A stretch of DNA of 63,142 nucleotides, counting the filler, from Sphacelaria rigidula (lineage: Eukaryota): NCBI GenBank assembly GCA_964200075.2. It is 6 parts of 6 records of this genome, joined end to end, with 100 filler letters (N's around TTAATTAATTAA, not from the genome) between each part and the next. Parts side by side here need not be neighbours in the genome. Positions count along the whole stretch, not along the records: positions 21,083 to 31,522 come from CAXNAA020006487.1; positions 31,623 to 42,062 come from CAXNAA020006488.1; 4 more parts are not named here. One strand, written 5' to 3'. How positions within the stretch are numbered: position 1 is the first letter of the stretch; every line of letters starts with the position of its first letter. The notes beneath the pieces were generated by a model. The model ran no database searches. It had not been told where the DNA came from and saw only the letters and a program-made list of their open reading frames with translations. The translations under genes and the position numbers were made by a program. Shown here in pieces: positions 26,643 through 39,600 of this stretch.

Positions 26643-28173
26643 TACTCTTCGGCATTTTTGGTCGATCGAGCCTGTCCCGATCATGTTTGTGAAGAAATGT
26701 ACAGTTCTATTTCTTTGAAATTTTACCTACTCAGTGCACTGGAGCCGAAAAACTGTGTTTCAAGGTCAATCACACTCTCTTTATTAACGGGGCATTCACT
26801 CGTATCGCCCCATAAGACCGACCAACACTGACTGGGGCACTGTGTTTCGAGGATGATCTGTTTGATGCACCAAAACCTGCCGACTCTAGCAATTTCGAGT
26901 GTTATCGACGAGTAGTACGCGAGGAAAACCCCCAAACACCCCTGAATAGCTAAACCGCCCACTACTGTAACTGCTGCATGCTGTATGATAGTAGCCTCTT
27001 GATCACTACGACCTGTACTGTGCATTGAACAATATGTACCATATTTGTCTACCCTAGCATTCGAGCATGAGTGACCTATCATGAATACCTTTTGCTCGTA
27101 GTTTCGGAATGGTTTCACCTCGTGGCGAGGGTGCCCGGAAATGCAAAACACGACTATTGATAATGAAACAAAATAATAAGCCCACGAACAGTAATTCAAG
27201 GTTAGGGAGGAAAAACTAAAAATTTGGCACGAGAGAGGAGGTTTGCTGGGATGGAGGTGCTGAAAATCAAGGGAGATCAATTTTCCTCCATGTGTTCGAC
27301 TCAACCGCAGTGTTTTTTAGATGCAGACAATGCTGCCTCTCATCCTATGGTACCTGCTTTCATTTGGAAGTTCAGGCGTAGACTTGGGCGAACATGAAAC
27401 TGAACCGACCTACTGAAGCAAATCAGAGCTCAAAACAGGAAGAAGGCCGTAGAGAGCAGCGGTAGGTAGAGGCAATGCCTGCTACCCAGTGTGATTCCTT
27501 TTCGATAATATGGAGGAATTCGTGTGGGAGAAGATGTTCTGTGCCTTTTAGCAGCTCCTGCCATATTCCGCAGTTTTAACAGTCTCAGACCAAAAGTGGA
27601 GATCATCACGGGAATAGGGTGGGCACCTCCAGCATGAAGAGCTCGCTTCACGGGCGGCATGCGGAGGTGTAAAAAGCACCATCATGCACGAGACCCGTCA
27701 CCGCACACATTGCCAGCGATTGCTACTGAAAAGAGGTCCCGTCCGGGTAGTACACGGCGAAGTTGTGCAGGATTCTCTACATGCGGGCCCCACCCCGCGC
27801 GCACGGATTTCAAATCACACTTGTGTGCAGTATATATTTATTATATTGCTTGCTGTCTGTGTGTACGTGGTATACCACCCCTCGCTTCGCCACATCTTGT
27901 ACAGCCGTCGGTGTTGCAGCTGAGCGTGCATTTGCCCTCCTACGTGGTGCACGCGCGAGTAAAAGGCTGCCTCTGCGCTATAATGCCTTCCTGTATCTTG
28001 AGCGGAGCTGTGTGGTGTCACAGCCACTATGGCGCGCAAGCCGACTGAAACGATTCATGCGGTAGAAAATTCTACACTCTGTCTTGAAGTGATGGTGCGC
28101 AGGCCGCAGCAGGCGAAAGATTCCATTCTGTGCAGAGTACATTCTTTTCAATTGTATACTCGTTTTGCCTGTA

Positions 28174-29337
28174 CGAGCTGGGCCAGCCTAGAGGCGGATT
28201 TGAAGTTTGCAGGCCCATGCTCCGCCCAATATTTAGAGTTGGAGCGCAAAATTTGGTATGGACAATAGATGGTACATAAAAAAAATATTAAAGCCACCAA
28301 AAGTTTTTTTCATGTTTTTCTTGAATTGAGGGCATTTTACTGATACCTGAAAACTGATTATTGCCCTTAACTCACGAAAAAATTGAAAAAAAAACTTTCT
28401 GGTGCTTTTTTAACCATTTTTTTAATGCCCTGTGCATTGCCCATACCAAATATTACGGTCTAACTATAAGTATTGACCGGCGCATTCGCCTTTTAAAAAC
28501 CGGGTCGGTAGAAATTCGGAACAGTATTTTGCAGGCCACTCACCGGCCCACGTTTGGTTTTTGTGTATTGAAATCTTGTGTGGGCCCTCGCTGGGGCATT
28601 ATCAACACAACTCAGTGGGACAATACTTTTTTCATTATTTTTTTTCACTGCTCTAGGGCGTTTTAGTGTAGTAAGGACCATTTTTTCACGAGAACGCCCG
28701 AACTTCTCCCTCCCGAAAAAAATGAAGGCCCATTTTTTTTATTCTGGGAGAGGTTCGGCTGTTCTCCATGCTAAGTTTTAAATCACAATTTTCATAATTG
28801 AGCTTCAAATTTGACATGAGGCCCAAGAGCAATATCCATTTCTCCTAAAAAATCCCCCAAATACACGAAAAAAATAAAGAGCTGTTTTTTAAAAATCATA
28901 ATCCCCTAGCGGTTCTTCATACCAAATTTTATAGCACAACTCTCGAAAACTGAGACGCGATATCCAGATTCAGGGCATCCAGTGCCTTTGCTCGTAATAT
29001 ATTGATTTTAGTATGGAACCTTATTTACGCCATATCTCGAGAAATATTACGGATTGGGTAAAGGTGAGGGTATCTGTCATCTCCCCGTGCTCCAGGGAAG
29101 GTCCACATCAGATATCACCATCATCCGATGGGGTTTCATGTAGATTTTGGTGTGGACGCTATCCCCGTACGGTATAGGAGTTACTAGACATGGAGTTTAA
29201 TCAACGAGAAAAAATTGACCCAGATTTTTGAGCAGATGGGCGCCTTCCCCTCGATAAGACGATTATGGCCCAACTCGTCTATGCCGATGAGATATTGCTT
29301 TGAGAGCTTAAATCCGTTTTTAGGCTGGCCCAGCTCG
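28174..29337 (+). mobile_element. Non-autonomous Tc1/mariner-like TIR element (~1.16 kb)
   Basis: TIR CGAGCTGGGCCAGCCTA / TAGGCTGGCCCAGCTCG flanked by TA on both sides. Further copies at 49977-51232 and 60543-62662. Confidence 0.85.
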
Positions 29338-31522
29338 TAGAAAGCTGTTGTCACGGGCGGTGTGATACACGATACATTTCCACATACAGCAGGCGCTGAG
29401 ATCGTGAAATAATCAACAGCAAATGGCCGAATTAAAAGTGAGGCAATCACCGAAATTTTCACGTGCAAAGCCTGTGCGAAGGTACTCTCAATTGACAAAG
29501 CTAGAAGAACACCAGTGCAACGACCATTCCGGTTGCCAGCCTGTTTGCACGGCCGTCCCGATAGTGGCGGGACTGTCTGCACCGAGATGTCGCCCAAACT
29601 GCCGGGTAGGCCGGCAAGGGTCCGTCGCACTACCCACTGGACGCGCGACAGGAGCTTAACCTTCGACTGTCGATCGTTTTGGAGCGGAAAAAGTCAGCTC
29701 CCGACCCGCATATGAATAGCGGATCATAAACGATGCTTGTTTGCTGGGGTTTTTTATAGCGTTGATCCATAACTGGGCGAAGATTGATGATGATGAGGCA
29801 GGCAGGATCCGTCGCAGGCAGCGTGCTCAACTGTCACTGTACCCAATATAATCGTCATCAGACAGCAGAGTGTTACAGGATGTGATCCCACGCACTATGA
29901 TTATACACCGTATGAATGCAGACCGGGCCATCAGCGACTTCCCCTGCTCCAGCTGTGACAGTGACACCTTCCTCTAATACAAATCTACGCTTTCTCCAAG
30001 TTTCGGCGTCATTTGGCGCAAGGTGCAGATTCTCTTCATGCCTAAGCTGCCAAAACACCGCCTCAATATTATCGAAAAGGAATAACATTGTTATGGGCGC
30101 GCCTGACCCCCCACAATGGGCAAAAAAAGTGTCACCGACCAAAAGCACGAACAGACACGGACAGACCGACTTCTGGGGCTTATCCAGGCTCGTGGGGTAA
30201 AATGTGCCTCACGCCATTGGAAGAGAACGGCATGGATCCAAAATTCATATCGAGAAAGAGTGTACTGCATTAAAAAATCAGAACCCTACAATTATTTCCG
30301 TTGTTGTACCTCATATATTACATGCCACTGGGTCGCTCTTCGTCCGCGCTTGCGATACCCATGCAACGAGGCTGGATGGGTTGAACAAACCCAACGCACA
30401 CCGAGAACACTCGGGCAAGGGCGGTACATACATTCCCTGCAGAAAGTGAGGCCTTGGTAGACCCCAAATAAGCGCCTGTGGCACGGATTTCATTGAAAAC
30501 GCGTTATGCGCAGCCGAGGAGCACACGTGACCGTCAGCCCTACTAAAATTCCGATTCTCGTCGTACGCACTCATCATTATTATTATTATTTCCGCACATT
30601 AGTCCGATCTCGCGAACCCGTGGTCACAGACGTAGGCTCGCCTTTCCAATACCATCCCTGCTATTCCCTACCAGACACATTACCAAAAATAAAGAAAAAA
30701 ATAAGAAGAGCGACGCCACGATTCAAATCAAGTAATATAAACCATGGATATTTGTAGCCCAACCGCGGTAACTGAAACCAGGAAGTTGAATCATGCTTTG
30801 GGGGGATGCGGATCAAAGTTGGGTCAACATGATGTGCTCAACATGCGACAAAGCTACATGTAGTGATGAACTTCAGCGAGGTCGGCCCTCACACAGACGA
30901 GTGGAGTGCAAATAGTCACCGGGTGTATGATGTGGGCTGGGCAGGTGTTGGTCCACTACCTCGTCATCGTTTGAGGAGCTTGACTTATCGGCTGCCATGA
31001 TTCCAAAGCTTTTGTCGGACGAATGACTCGCGTTATGCACGCATATTTGTTGTTCCGTGGGCATGGCTTTTCATTTGATGAATATGTTAATCAGCTCTTT
31101 GACCGCGACGATTGGTCACATGTTGAATGGACATCATTTTTCACTTGAAAAAAGTATGCATGGTCCAGACGGACTACCCTCGCGGTCTGAACTCCGAAGA
31201 CATTGTGTTGCAAGAGGGAATGAAAACAAACGGTCGTCCGTTACCCACCAGTACCGATACAACACATGCGTGTCCTAGGACGGGTGGGTCCACTGAAAGA
31301 CATGAATGATGCTTCGGTGCCATGTGGCTTCAGCGAAACTGGGCGGACGACTTCATGCTGTCTTTTGGGTCGTCTTGATGCAGTTTACTTTAACGCTTTT
31401 GGGACTGGCAATGGAAAAGTGCTGATTTGGAGGTGCTGGTTTTGAAGGACATATGGTTGATAGTTTTCAGCTCCCACACAGCACTATTTAGCCCAAGGCG
31501 TGTTTTTCAGACCCGCGCCAAT

Positions 31523-31622
31523 NNNNNNNNNNNNNNNNNNNNNNNNNNNNNNNNNNNNNNNNNNNNTTAATTAATTAANNNNNNNNNNNNNNNNNNNNNN
31601 NNNNNNNNNNNNNNNNNNNNNN
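31523..31622. other. Artificial scaffold spacer
   Basis: 100-nt N/TTAATTAATTAA spacer. Confidence 0.98.
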
Positions 31623-32372
31623 CGTGGGAATTCCCAGCTTCTCGTTGTGCTCAGCCTTTCCCATTTCGATTTACGTACAGATTTTGCCTCCCAAAACCAT
31701 GCACTTTTTTGAGGGGGCTATCGTAGAAAGTGTGCCCCCTGGAACCAGGCATTTGCCAACCATGAAGTCGGGGAGTTGGGTTAGTGAGAACTCGACTCGG
31801 CCAATCTCTTGAGCGTTGGGCGCCCAAGGAGTTGAAGATGAAGATTAAAAAAACACAGCAAGTGCGTAATAAATTACTCTCGAACTGCGAAGGTCCTACT
31901 TGTATCTTCTTGGGTGTTATTAGCCAAAAAAACGTCGAACTTGTCGTCCGACTGTTTTTCTCTTCAACATGCCGCCCCCAAAATCGTGGGGTGTTTTTAT
32001 TTTTCGTCGAAGCCAAATGGTGTACTGTACCGTACTTCCGTCATGCGAGTATTAACTTGCGAGGATCGGGCGAATCATCGCTGGTTCGAATCACCAAATC
32101 TATGATATCTGAGGCCTGATTGATCGAAAGAGGGGAAAAAATGATCGCGGGACAAAACATTCCCCCGGCACTTTTCCCGATATTCCACGTCCGTCGGGTA
32201 CGCGCGGGTACCTGAGGTGCAGTGCAACGCTGAAAACGAAGCGCAACGATGGATTCCTACGGTACAAATCAATGACATTAAAGGCAAGATCTTTCAAATT
32301 CGTTATTCGTCCGGCCCATGATTACTTGACGCTCAGGTTTCCCTCAACTGGCCAGAAACACCCACATCAAAG

Positions 32373-32586
32373 GAGGTATCTCAAACTCGTGGTTCCCGGT
32401 ATATTTAGTACAAGTATACTGTTGAGTAAACCGGGAACCAAGTTTGAGATATCTCTAAAGCTTGTGGATGGATTTTTCCAGTGCTTAAGATGCCCACATA
32501 CTGGGGGTATCTCAAACTCGGGGTTCCCGATATATTCAACTGTAAAATGCTGAAAAATATACCGGGAATCTCGAGTTTGAGATACC
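32373..32586. mobile_element. Two adjacent ~85-bp hairpin MITE-like units
   Basis: G(A/G)GGTATCTCAAACTCG...AGTTTGAGATA(T/C)C occurs twice; same TIR as 41250-41459. Confidence 0.65.
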
Positions 32587-32731
32587 TGTACTAGGGGTGC
32601 ATGCAGTCCCTCTTTGTATAGGGCAGCAACTGTAAGCGGTCTAACGAGCTGTTTGCCGCCGTGGCGTTGAACATCCCCACCCTTTTCCCGCTGTTGTTGT
32701 CGTGTCTTATTTTTTCCCGCAAATGTGTCAG

Positions 32732-33578
32732 TTTGTTGATGAGGCCATTGTGAACATGCTTCTGGCGACATACTTCGCCTTCATAGGGGCGTTTGCACTT
32801 GCGGCGACAGTGGACCCGGTCATTGTCCAGCTGTTTGGTATCGAGGTACGTGCCCCCTCTCCTCTTTCAAGATAAGAATTAGGCATGTAGACAATTGTTC
32901 ATGAGGTTCGATCTGTCCTTGTACAAATCTGAAGATTCCAGCCAGTCTACAGGCGATTTTCTCCTGCGGATTGAATTTTTGGACCCCAGTCCGTTGAGCA
33001 ATGTTTTCTAGCTAGCTGTATAAAAACCAGAAAGAAAGTCTTCGACTCTCTGGACATTGACTTCTGGTGTGTCAACTTTTCTGCTCAAACGGAACACTCC
33101 CAAATATGCGTGTACGGAAAAACAAATCTGTCCCTCGCGCACATATACTTGAGAGTGTCCCGATTTAACCAGAAAGGTGACATACCAAAAGTCAACGCCC
33201 GGAGAATCGGAGGATTGATGTGGCTTTCCCACAGCTAGCCGCAAAACATTGCCCAATCGGACTGGGGTCCGGAAAATCAATCCACCGGAGGAAATCGCCT
33301 GTAGATAGACTCAAGTCCTCAGATTTGTTCGAGTACAGATTGGTTCCCGTAAAAAATGGTCTGGGAGTAGTGAGGCAAGCCAGTGTTCAAAACAGTGTAA
33401 TGGGGTGAGGAGTTGGTAGTCGAAGTCACTGTAGAGTTTGTGCAAGAGTATTTATTCTGTGTCCAAATGTCATCACGTTGTACACTAGGCTGTTGAACCC
33501 TCTCTATGCTGTCATGTTGAAGTGAAGTGTAGGTTCCGGCTTCTCCCTTGAAATCTGCAATCGGCACTTTCTACAGTA

Positions 33579-33609
<31 letters not shown>

Positions 33610-36600
33610 CCGCGCCCCCCAGGGCGGGCGGGTGCAGGGCGAGCAGGGAGTGAACGGGGCGCAAAGAGAGGANNNNNNNNNNATTGTGACAAATTAAAAT
33701 GAAGTGAAAATTCCGCCATCTCCCCTGAAAACCCAAAACCGCACTTTTTAAAAAACCCCCCCCCCCCCCCCCATGAAAAGTGCCTGGTTTGGGGAAGCAA
33801 AATCTTGCACGTAAATTGAAATGGAAAAGGCCGAGCACAACGAGCAGCTGGGAATTCCCATGCTTGGGTTCGTTCTCGTCAATGTCGCTCATATGAAGCG
33901 CTTCATGCACGCCTGGACCCAAACATGCGGTGCTGTATGACCATTTTTTTCGTGACACTTGTGGGCTGTTTTTTATGGGGGGGGGGGGATATCGTGAAAC
34001 GTGTCAACCAATGTTGCAATTTTCATTTGGCAGGCAAGCAGTTGTGATGAGGAACAGCAACGAGGCTACTAAGCTTCAACATGAAAACTGAAATCAGTGC
34101 CTACTTTTCTCCCCCTTTCCCGTTTGAAAGCTGACCTTCGTCGGAAAGACATGAAGAGATATGGGATCATACGCGTTGGGTTGCATATCATGTATTTATT
34201 CACCGCACGAGCGATAAACGGACAAATTTACTGTCTACACGCGACCGCAAATAAATGCGCAGTAGTGACACGAACGAGGAAATTTCCACGGGGGTGTACC
34301 AGCGTGAACCCTTGGACCGCCAAGATGGACAATCTGAGTCAGGCAGTCATTTCTCCAAGTTCCAATGATGCCGATTCAAGAGATGGCTTTACCTGGGCGG
34401 TCAAAGGGTTGAGGTGACACGTGGCGTCGGTATCAAAGCTCGAATAACGGAGGAGGCGGCCGGGGGGTGGCACGGGAGGGGAGGGGATGTTTGCTTTTTG
34501 GACCGGGGACCTCCCAACACAAAAAGTAAGGTCTGGTTTGCTTGGGTGATTGAATCAAACTGTTGTCGCATATTGAGTGATCCGCAGGGAATCCAGCCGT
34601 GGTCACGTAGTATACGTACCGAATATCATCAAACGGGAACTCTGCCTGAAGGAAACCCGTGGTACGACAGCGAAGAGAGAGAGGGAACAAACTAGCGGAC
34701 CAAACTGCAAACGGGGAAAAGAGAGGAACGAAGGAGAAATTGAAGGAAAAGAGAAAATCACAGGTTGGAATTGGGGGGGCACACCTAGTTACAATGTGGA
34801 TGCGAAAGCAAATTAGCCCGAACACGACATTTTGAACTTTTTTTTCAAGGCTACGGTTTGTTCAAGGACCAAATCTGCCCCCACCACACCCCCCGAATGA
34901 TGACTGACAGTGGCACGATCTGCTTGAGGGAAGCTTCAACATTGCTGACTATCCATATCAATACACTTTTATAAGGTTATGTTCTGTAGAGAACGAGCAT
35001 ATTCGGTGGGCGGGTGAGATTTGTTAAGGAACTTACAGAACCTGTGGAGCACGGTGTGTAAGGAGGTTGTACAGAAACCCTTATCCTCAACCGGGTGTTT
35101 CTACAAGGGTACACTCGTACCCCGGGTAAGGGTACACATTTCGTACATATATTACAGAACTGTGTGGAACCGGTAGGGGAGGCTTACAGAACTCACAAAA
35201 CTGCCGGGTACGGGTGAATACCCCAGGTGGAAATGATCCGTACCCCACAAAACACGGCCTTGCGCTTTCTGTATTCCAAGTGTTCGTCCAGGTGTAGATG
35301 TTTTTGGGGTGGTCTAACTGGTACAGCAGATCCTTGAACATCATCCGCAAGCATATTTTTACCCCCAAGAGAGCATCATGGACCACAAGATTGACACCTA
35401 CACACTCTGAGGACACAGTTGTTGCCACGATAGCGGCGGTCCGATGCTTTCATGAGCTCTACAAGCTGCACACCGGACTTGCAGGCAAAACGTTCGATGC
35501 CCACAACTTCAGCGTTTTTTCCAGGCCCAGATAACCGGTCATCGTACATGAAGTGCACATCAACGTATGATCTGTGTGCACTAGGGCTCGGAAATGGCTT
35601 GTCTAACCATCCACCAGTTCAATGGTACATGATGGTTTGGTCATCGGGGGGCGCAGCCGCGAGCCAAAAAGCTCTCCCCGGCAGAGAAGGCCCAGCCGGA
35701 GGCGCCCCCGGAGGGCCCCAGTGGAGGGGCCGTGCATACCTTTTTGAAGTGAGAAATTGAAGCCGCTCCAACAGACGATATATGCTCGCCGTCAAAGGGG
35801 TGACGTTGCTCGCTTTATGGACTGGTGTGAATAGACAATTGTTGCTATGGTAGGTTTCACGATCTATATTCAACGCCGGTCGCCCCGGTGGCTCAGCTGG
35901 TAACCTCGAAACCTTCTGACGGTTGGGTCGTAGGTTCAAATCTCAGAGCGATCTGGGATTTTTTCTCACACCATGCCCAACAATGGAGAGCGACTATGTC
36001 GTGGGTACCCAAAATTCGATATGACGGTTGACGAGGAAAAGGCAGTGCTGAACCCCTCTCGCGATAAAAAACAAAAGGCAAGCACCGCAGAAGGAAAGTG
36101 GGGTACTAAAAACAAACAAAATAGAAAAAACTCCTGTGTTTATGCTTCTCCTGTGTGACTCCAGCTGATGCGCCCACATATACCTGAAGGTGTAGACCGG
36201 CATTACAGAATAGATGGGACGACAACACACAACACATATACACATAATCAACGGAATATCTTTATATATATGTATCGGTCATAGCGCTAGACCTGATTTC
36301 ACAATAATACTGGTTGGTGCCGTGCGGGGTATATACCTTCCCCGTTTTTGTAGTATCAGCCTGTGAATGTCAGGTGAGTGAAGCACCCGAAGGTTGCTCA
36401 GGATACAGAAGGATGATTTCGTGGGAATGAGAGACCACCTAGCGAGTTACCTCGTACGGGGAGAAAACCCTTTGTGGAAGCTGTGTAGGGGACCGAGCTT
36501 GCGGAACCCCGGGAATGTCAGGAACGTGCTTTCCACACCCGTGTACTGCCCTTCTTGTTCGTTCCTCGAGCATTTTGCTCGTTTTTGTCTCTCCCTGCCT

Positions 36601-39600
36601 TGGTCAGTCTTGTTTCCGTGGGTGGGTGGCCGTGCGCTAACTCCTCCCCGGCTTTTCTCAACGCCCGCTCAGGACGCCAAGCGTCATGGTCGCGTCTTCA
36701 ACTTCCCCCTCGTGGGAGAAATAGACCTTACTTTCACTCCATCGGAGTTAGTGAGCTTCGCCGTGGGAGTGGCGTTCGCTTCTATCTACACCAAGACCGG
36801 GCACTGGGCCCTCAACAACATTTTTGGCATCACATTTTGTGCGCAGGTATGCAAGTTACGGCGGCCCACACGCAGCAGTGGATCTGGCCGAGTGTTTTTT
36901 TTTTTTTAAGCTTGTAAAAATAGAACAAAGCCTAATTTTGCAGTGTTTCTCTGCCGTACGTCCCTGGTCGACTTTTGTTTCGCTAGCGTGCGCGCTTATT
37001 TGTTTTCATTGGGTACGTCTATCGTCGCACCATGCTTATATTTTGTGCAAGCATTGGTCAATATAAGCCAGTCTAGCAATCAATCCAACGGTACTACACG
37101 CAGTTGCCAGATGCACTCTCACTACCTGGTACTGCACTTGACCAGTAGGACGTGGAGGTTTCGGAGGCATGTTTTTTTTCATGTTCATTTTTTCAACCTT
37201 TGCGGTGCTTTTTGCAGATTTTTCTTGTTTTACTCCAGAAAGGCGACAACGATTTTCGTACAAGCAGTGGTGAGCGCTCTGCTCTGTTCCGATGCGGTGC
37301 CCTCCATATGCTCTCCACACCCCGACAGTTCCCCTCGTTTTCTTTTTCTTTGCAATCTCCACCGCGAACCTTACATTTCTTCTCCTCATGTTTTTTGTTT
37401 GTACGTATGTGTGTGGTACCTTCCGCGTTTAAAAACGTTTTCGTGAGATGGAGAGTAGAGGATACGATTGAGAGTGAAACGCGGTCAATTCGTGAATGAA
37501 TCGTTTCAGTTCCGAAATGCCCCTCCACGAGGCCCGATATGCTTTCTGTAGTAGCTTGCCGCTGAGGCCCTTGATATCCCTGAGTAGGATATCGACGTAT
37601 AGCTGTAAGCACACGCCAGGGAAAGAGGCGAAGAAGAGTACACACGGAATGAAAAAATGGCGAAGTTAAAAGCGAATGATGAAAGCCACTCTTAGTCAGC
37701 ACCGTAGTCTCAAATCTCACGAAAACGTTGTTACTTTTCCTTGACTCTCCTGCTGGGTCTGCGGTTTCCCTCCTGTTTGTTTGGTTGTGCCCAGGCGATG
37801 GAGCGTGTTTCCCTTGGGTCGGTGAAGGTGGCGGCCATTCTGCTGGTGGGCCTCTTTATCTACGACATCACATGGGTTTACGGGTGACAAACCAGCTCGT
37901 GTAGATCCGTATTCCCCGCGCCGAAAGCCCCGACGGGCCCGTTGTGTATTGATCTACGCCATCGTTGGTGCTGGGTGGTTTTGTATTTTGAAGACCGCGA
38001 GTATTAGGTCGCAACCGCCTGAAGCTACGACCCAGCTTACTCATGCTTCGTGTTCGTTTATTTGTTCACGTTGTACTTTCCCACCTCCGTCCTCGGGACC
38101 CGAGTGATGTCGTCATACCCCCCCCTTCAAACCAGCAACTGGCCAAACTTGATCGAGCCGTGATGCTCGAAAAGGTTCACACCTTGAACAATATATATAT
38201 ATATATATATGGTCAAAAGTTGCAATATATGAGAAGCGTACTGCATGAAGTATAGGCCTATTGCGATTATTGTCGGCCGGCAATAGTTGCAATAGGCCTA
38301 TACTTTATGCAGTACGTTTCTTCTCTATTGCAACTATTGACCATATGTTGTTCAAGGTGTGAAAAGGTCACAAATCATACTGAGTAACGGCTACATGCGC
38401 CCCTCTCTGCGCTCCACACCGTTTCTGGACTCTTGTGTATGCTCAGGGGGCCTGTGATGGAGTCCGTGGCCAAGTCGGTCCAGGGCCCCATCAAGATCTT
38501 GTTCGTCAGCGCGTGGGGGGATGCCACAGCAGATCCGCCGGTAAAGATCAAGACCAGCCTACTCGGCTTGGGGGACATTGTCGTGCCGGGTGAGTCGCTC
38601 CGCCTTGCTGGCGGAAGGAAAGCCGGTGATTTATCTTTTTGCTAGTTTGGCGCAGCCTTTGTGGATGGGCGCAGATGACTCCGTGTGTCGGGATTGAAAC
38701 CCGGAGGGGGGCAATAGTAATATTTTCGTTGTGTTGATGGTGTTTTGCTGCAAGACCATGTAGCGCCTCAAGGGGTGATCATCTTGCAGGCCGTAGTCTC
38801 AAGACCACTGGCTTCGTATCCTTACAAAGCCAGGACGGAGCATGCCGGGTTTTTGCCGGGCCAGGCTCGCAATCAATCATCAAGCGCGAAGCACTGTGAT
38901 GTATTCGGCGAGTTGCATGACGGGTGATCTGCATCCTGTTAATATTGTTTTTGGCCTAGAGCGCACTGGTATCGTCACTTCAAGAGACAGCCACAGGTCA
39001 CGCACTGCTTCATCGGTGTCATTTAAGCACTACGTAGTATGATCATCCTCTTTGCGCGGTGTCAAGATTCTCCACCCCGCACAGGATGATCTAGCTCGAC
39101 CACCATAATCGCTACCGCCAAAAACCGCGAGCGGGAAAAATATCCGGTAGCCTGATTACCTAGCTTGCGCAGTCAGCGGTGTGTCTGACACCGCCGTTGC
39201 CAACCGACGCCAACTCTTGGAAGGAGAAAAGGGTGTGGGGTGGGGAGTGGGGGGCAGCGACCGGCTTCACGGTATGTATGCGTCAGCGAGTCTTATCAGA
39301 CTACTCGTTGAGGGAATGGAAGGAGATATCACGCGGCCGGAGGTGTGTTCAGTGTTGTTGGAAATATTGATTCATGGGCGTGATGTACAGGGGTACGTTC
39401 TTTTGTGTATTCATTCTTGTGCGATGCAGCGTCGTCAAGCGACCAACATCTGCTGAATGTCGACGCCGAGATCATTTCGAGTACTCTAGACTGCCTCATG
39501 CAGAGTCTCGAAGTGGGTATATCCGGGTAAAGATGTGATCCAACCGCCCCTGCCCCCACCCCTTGCAGGACCCGAGGTCAAGGTGTTGTAGGTGTTGGAG

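Noticed and set aside
35875..35960. Possible tRNA gene (also 2682-2760, 11350-11426, 6940-7000)
   Set aside because: A/B boxes are present but there are no complete acceptor/anticodon stems; followed by SINE bodies and tails, or fragmentary.
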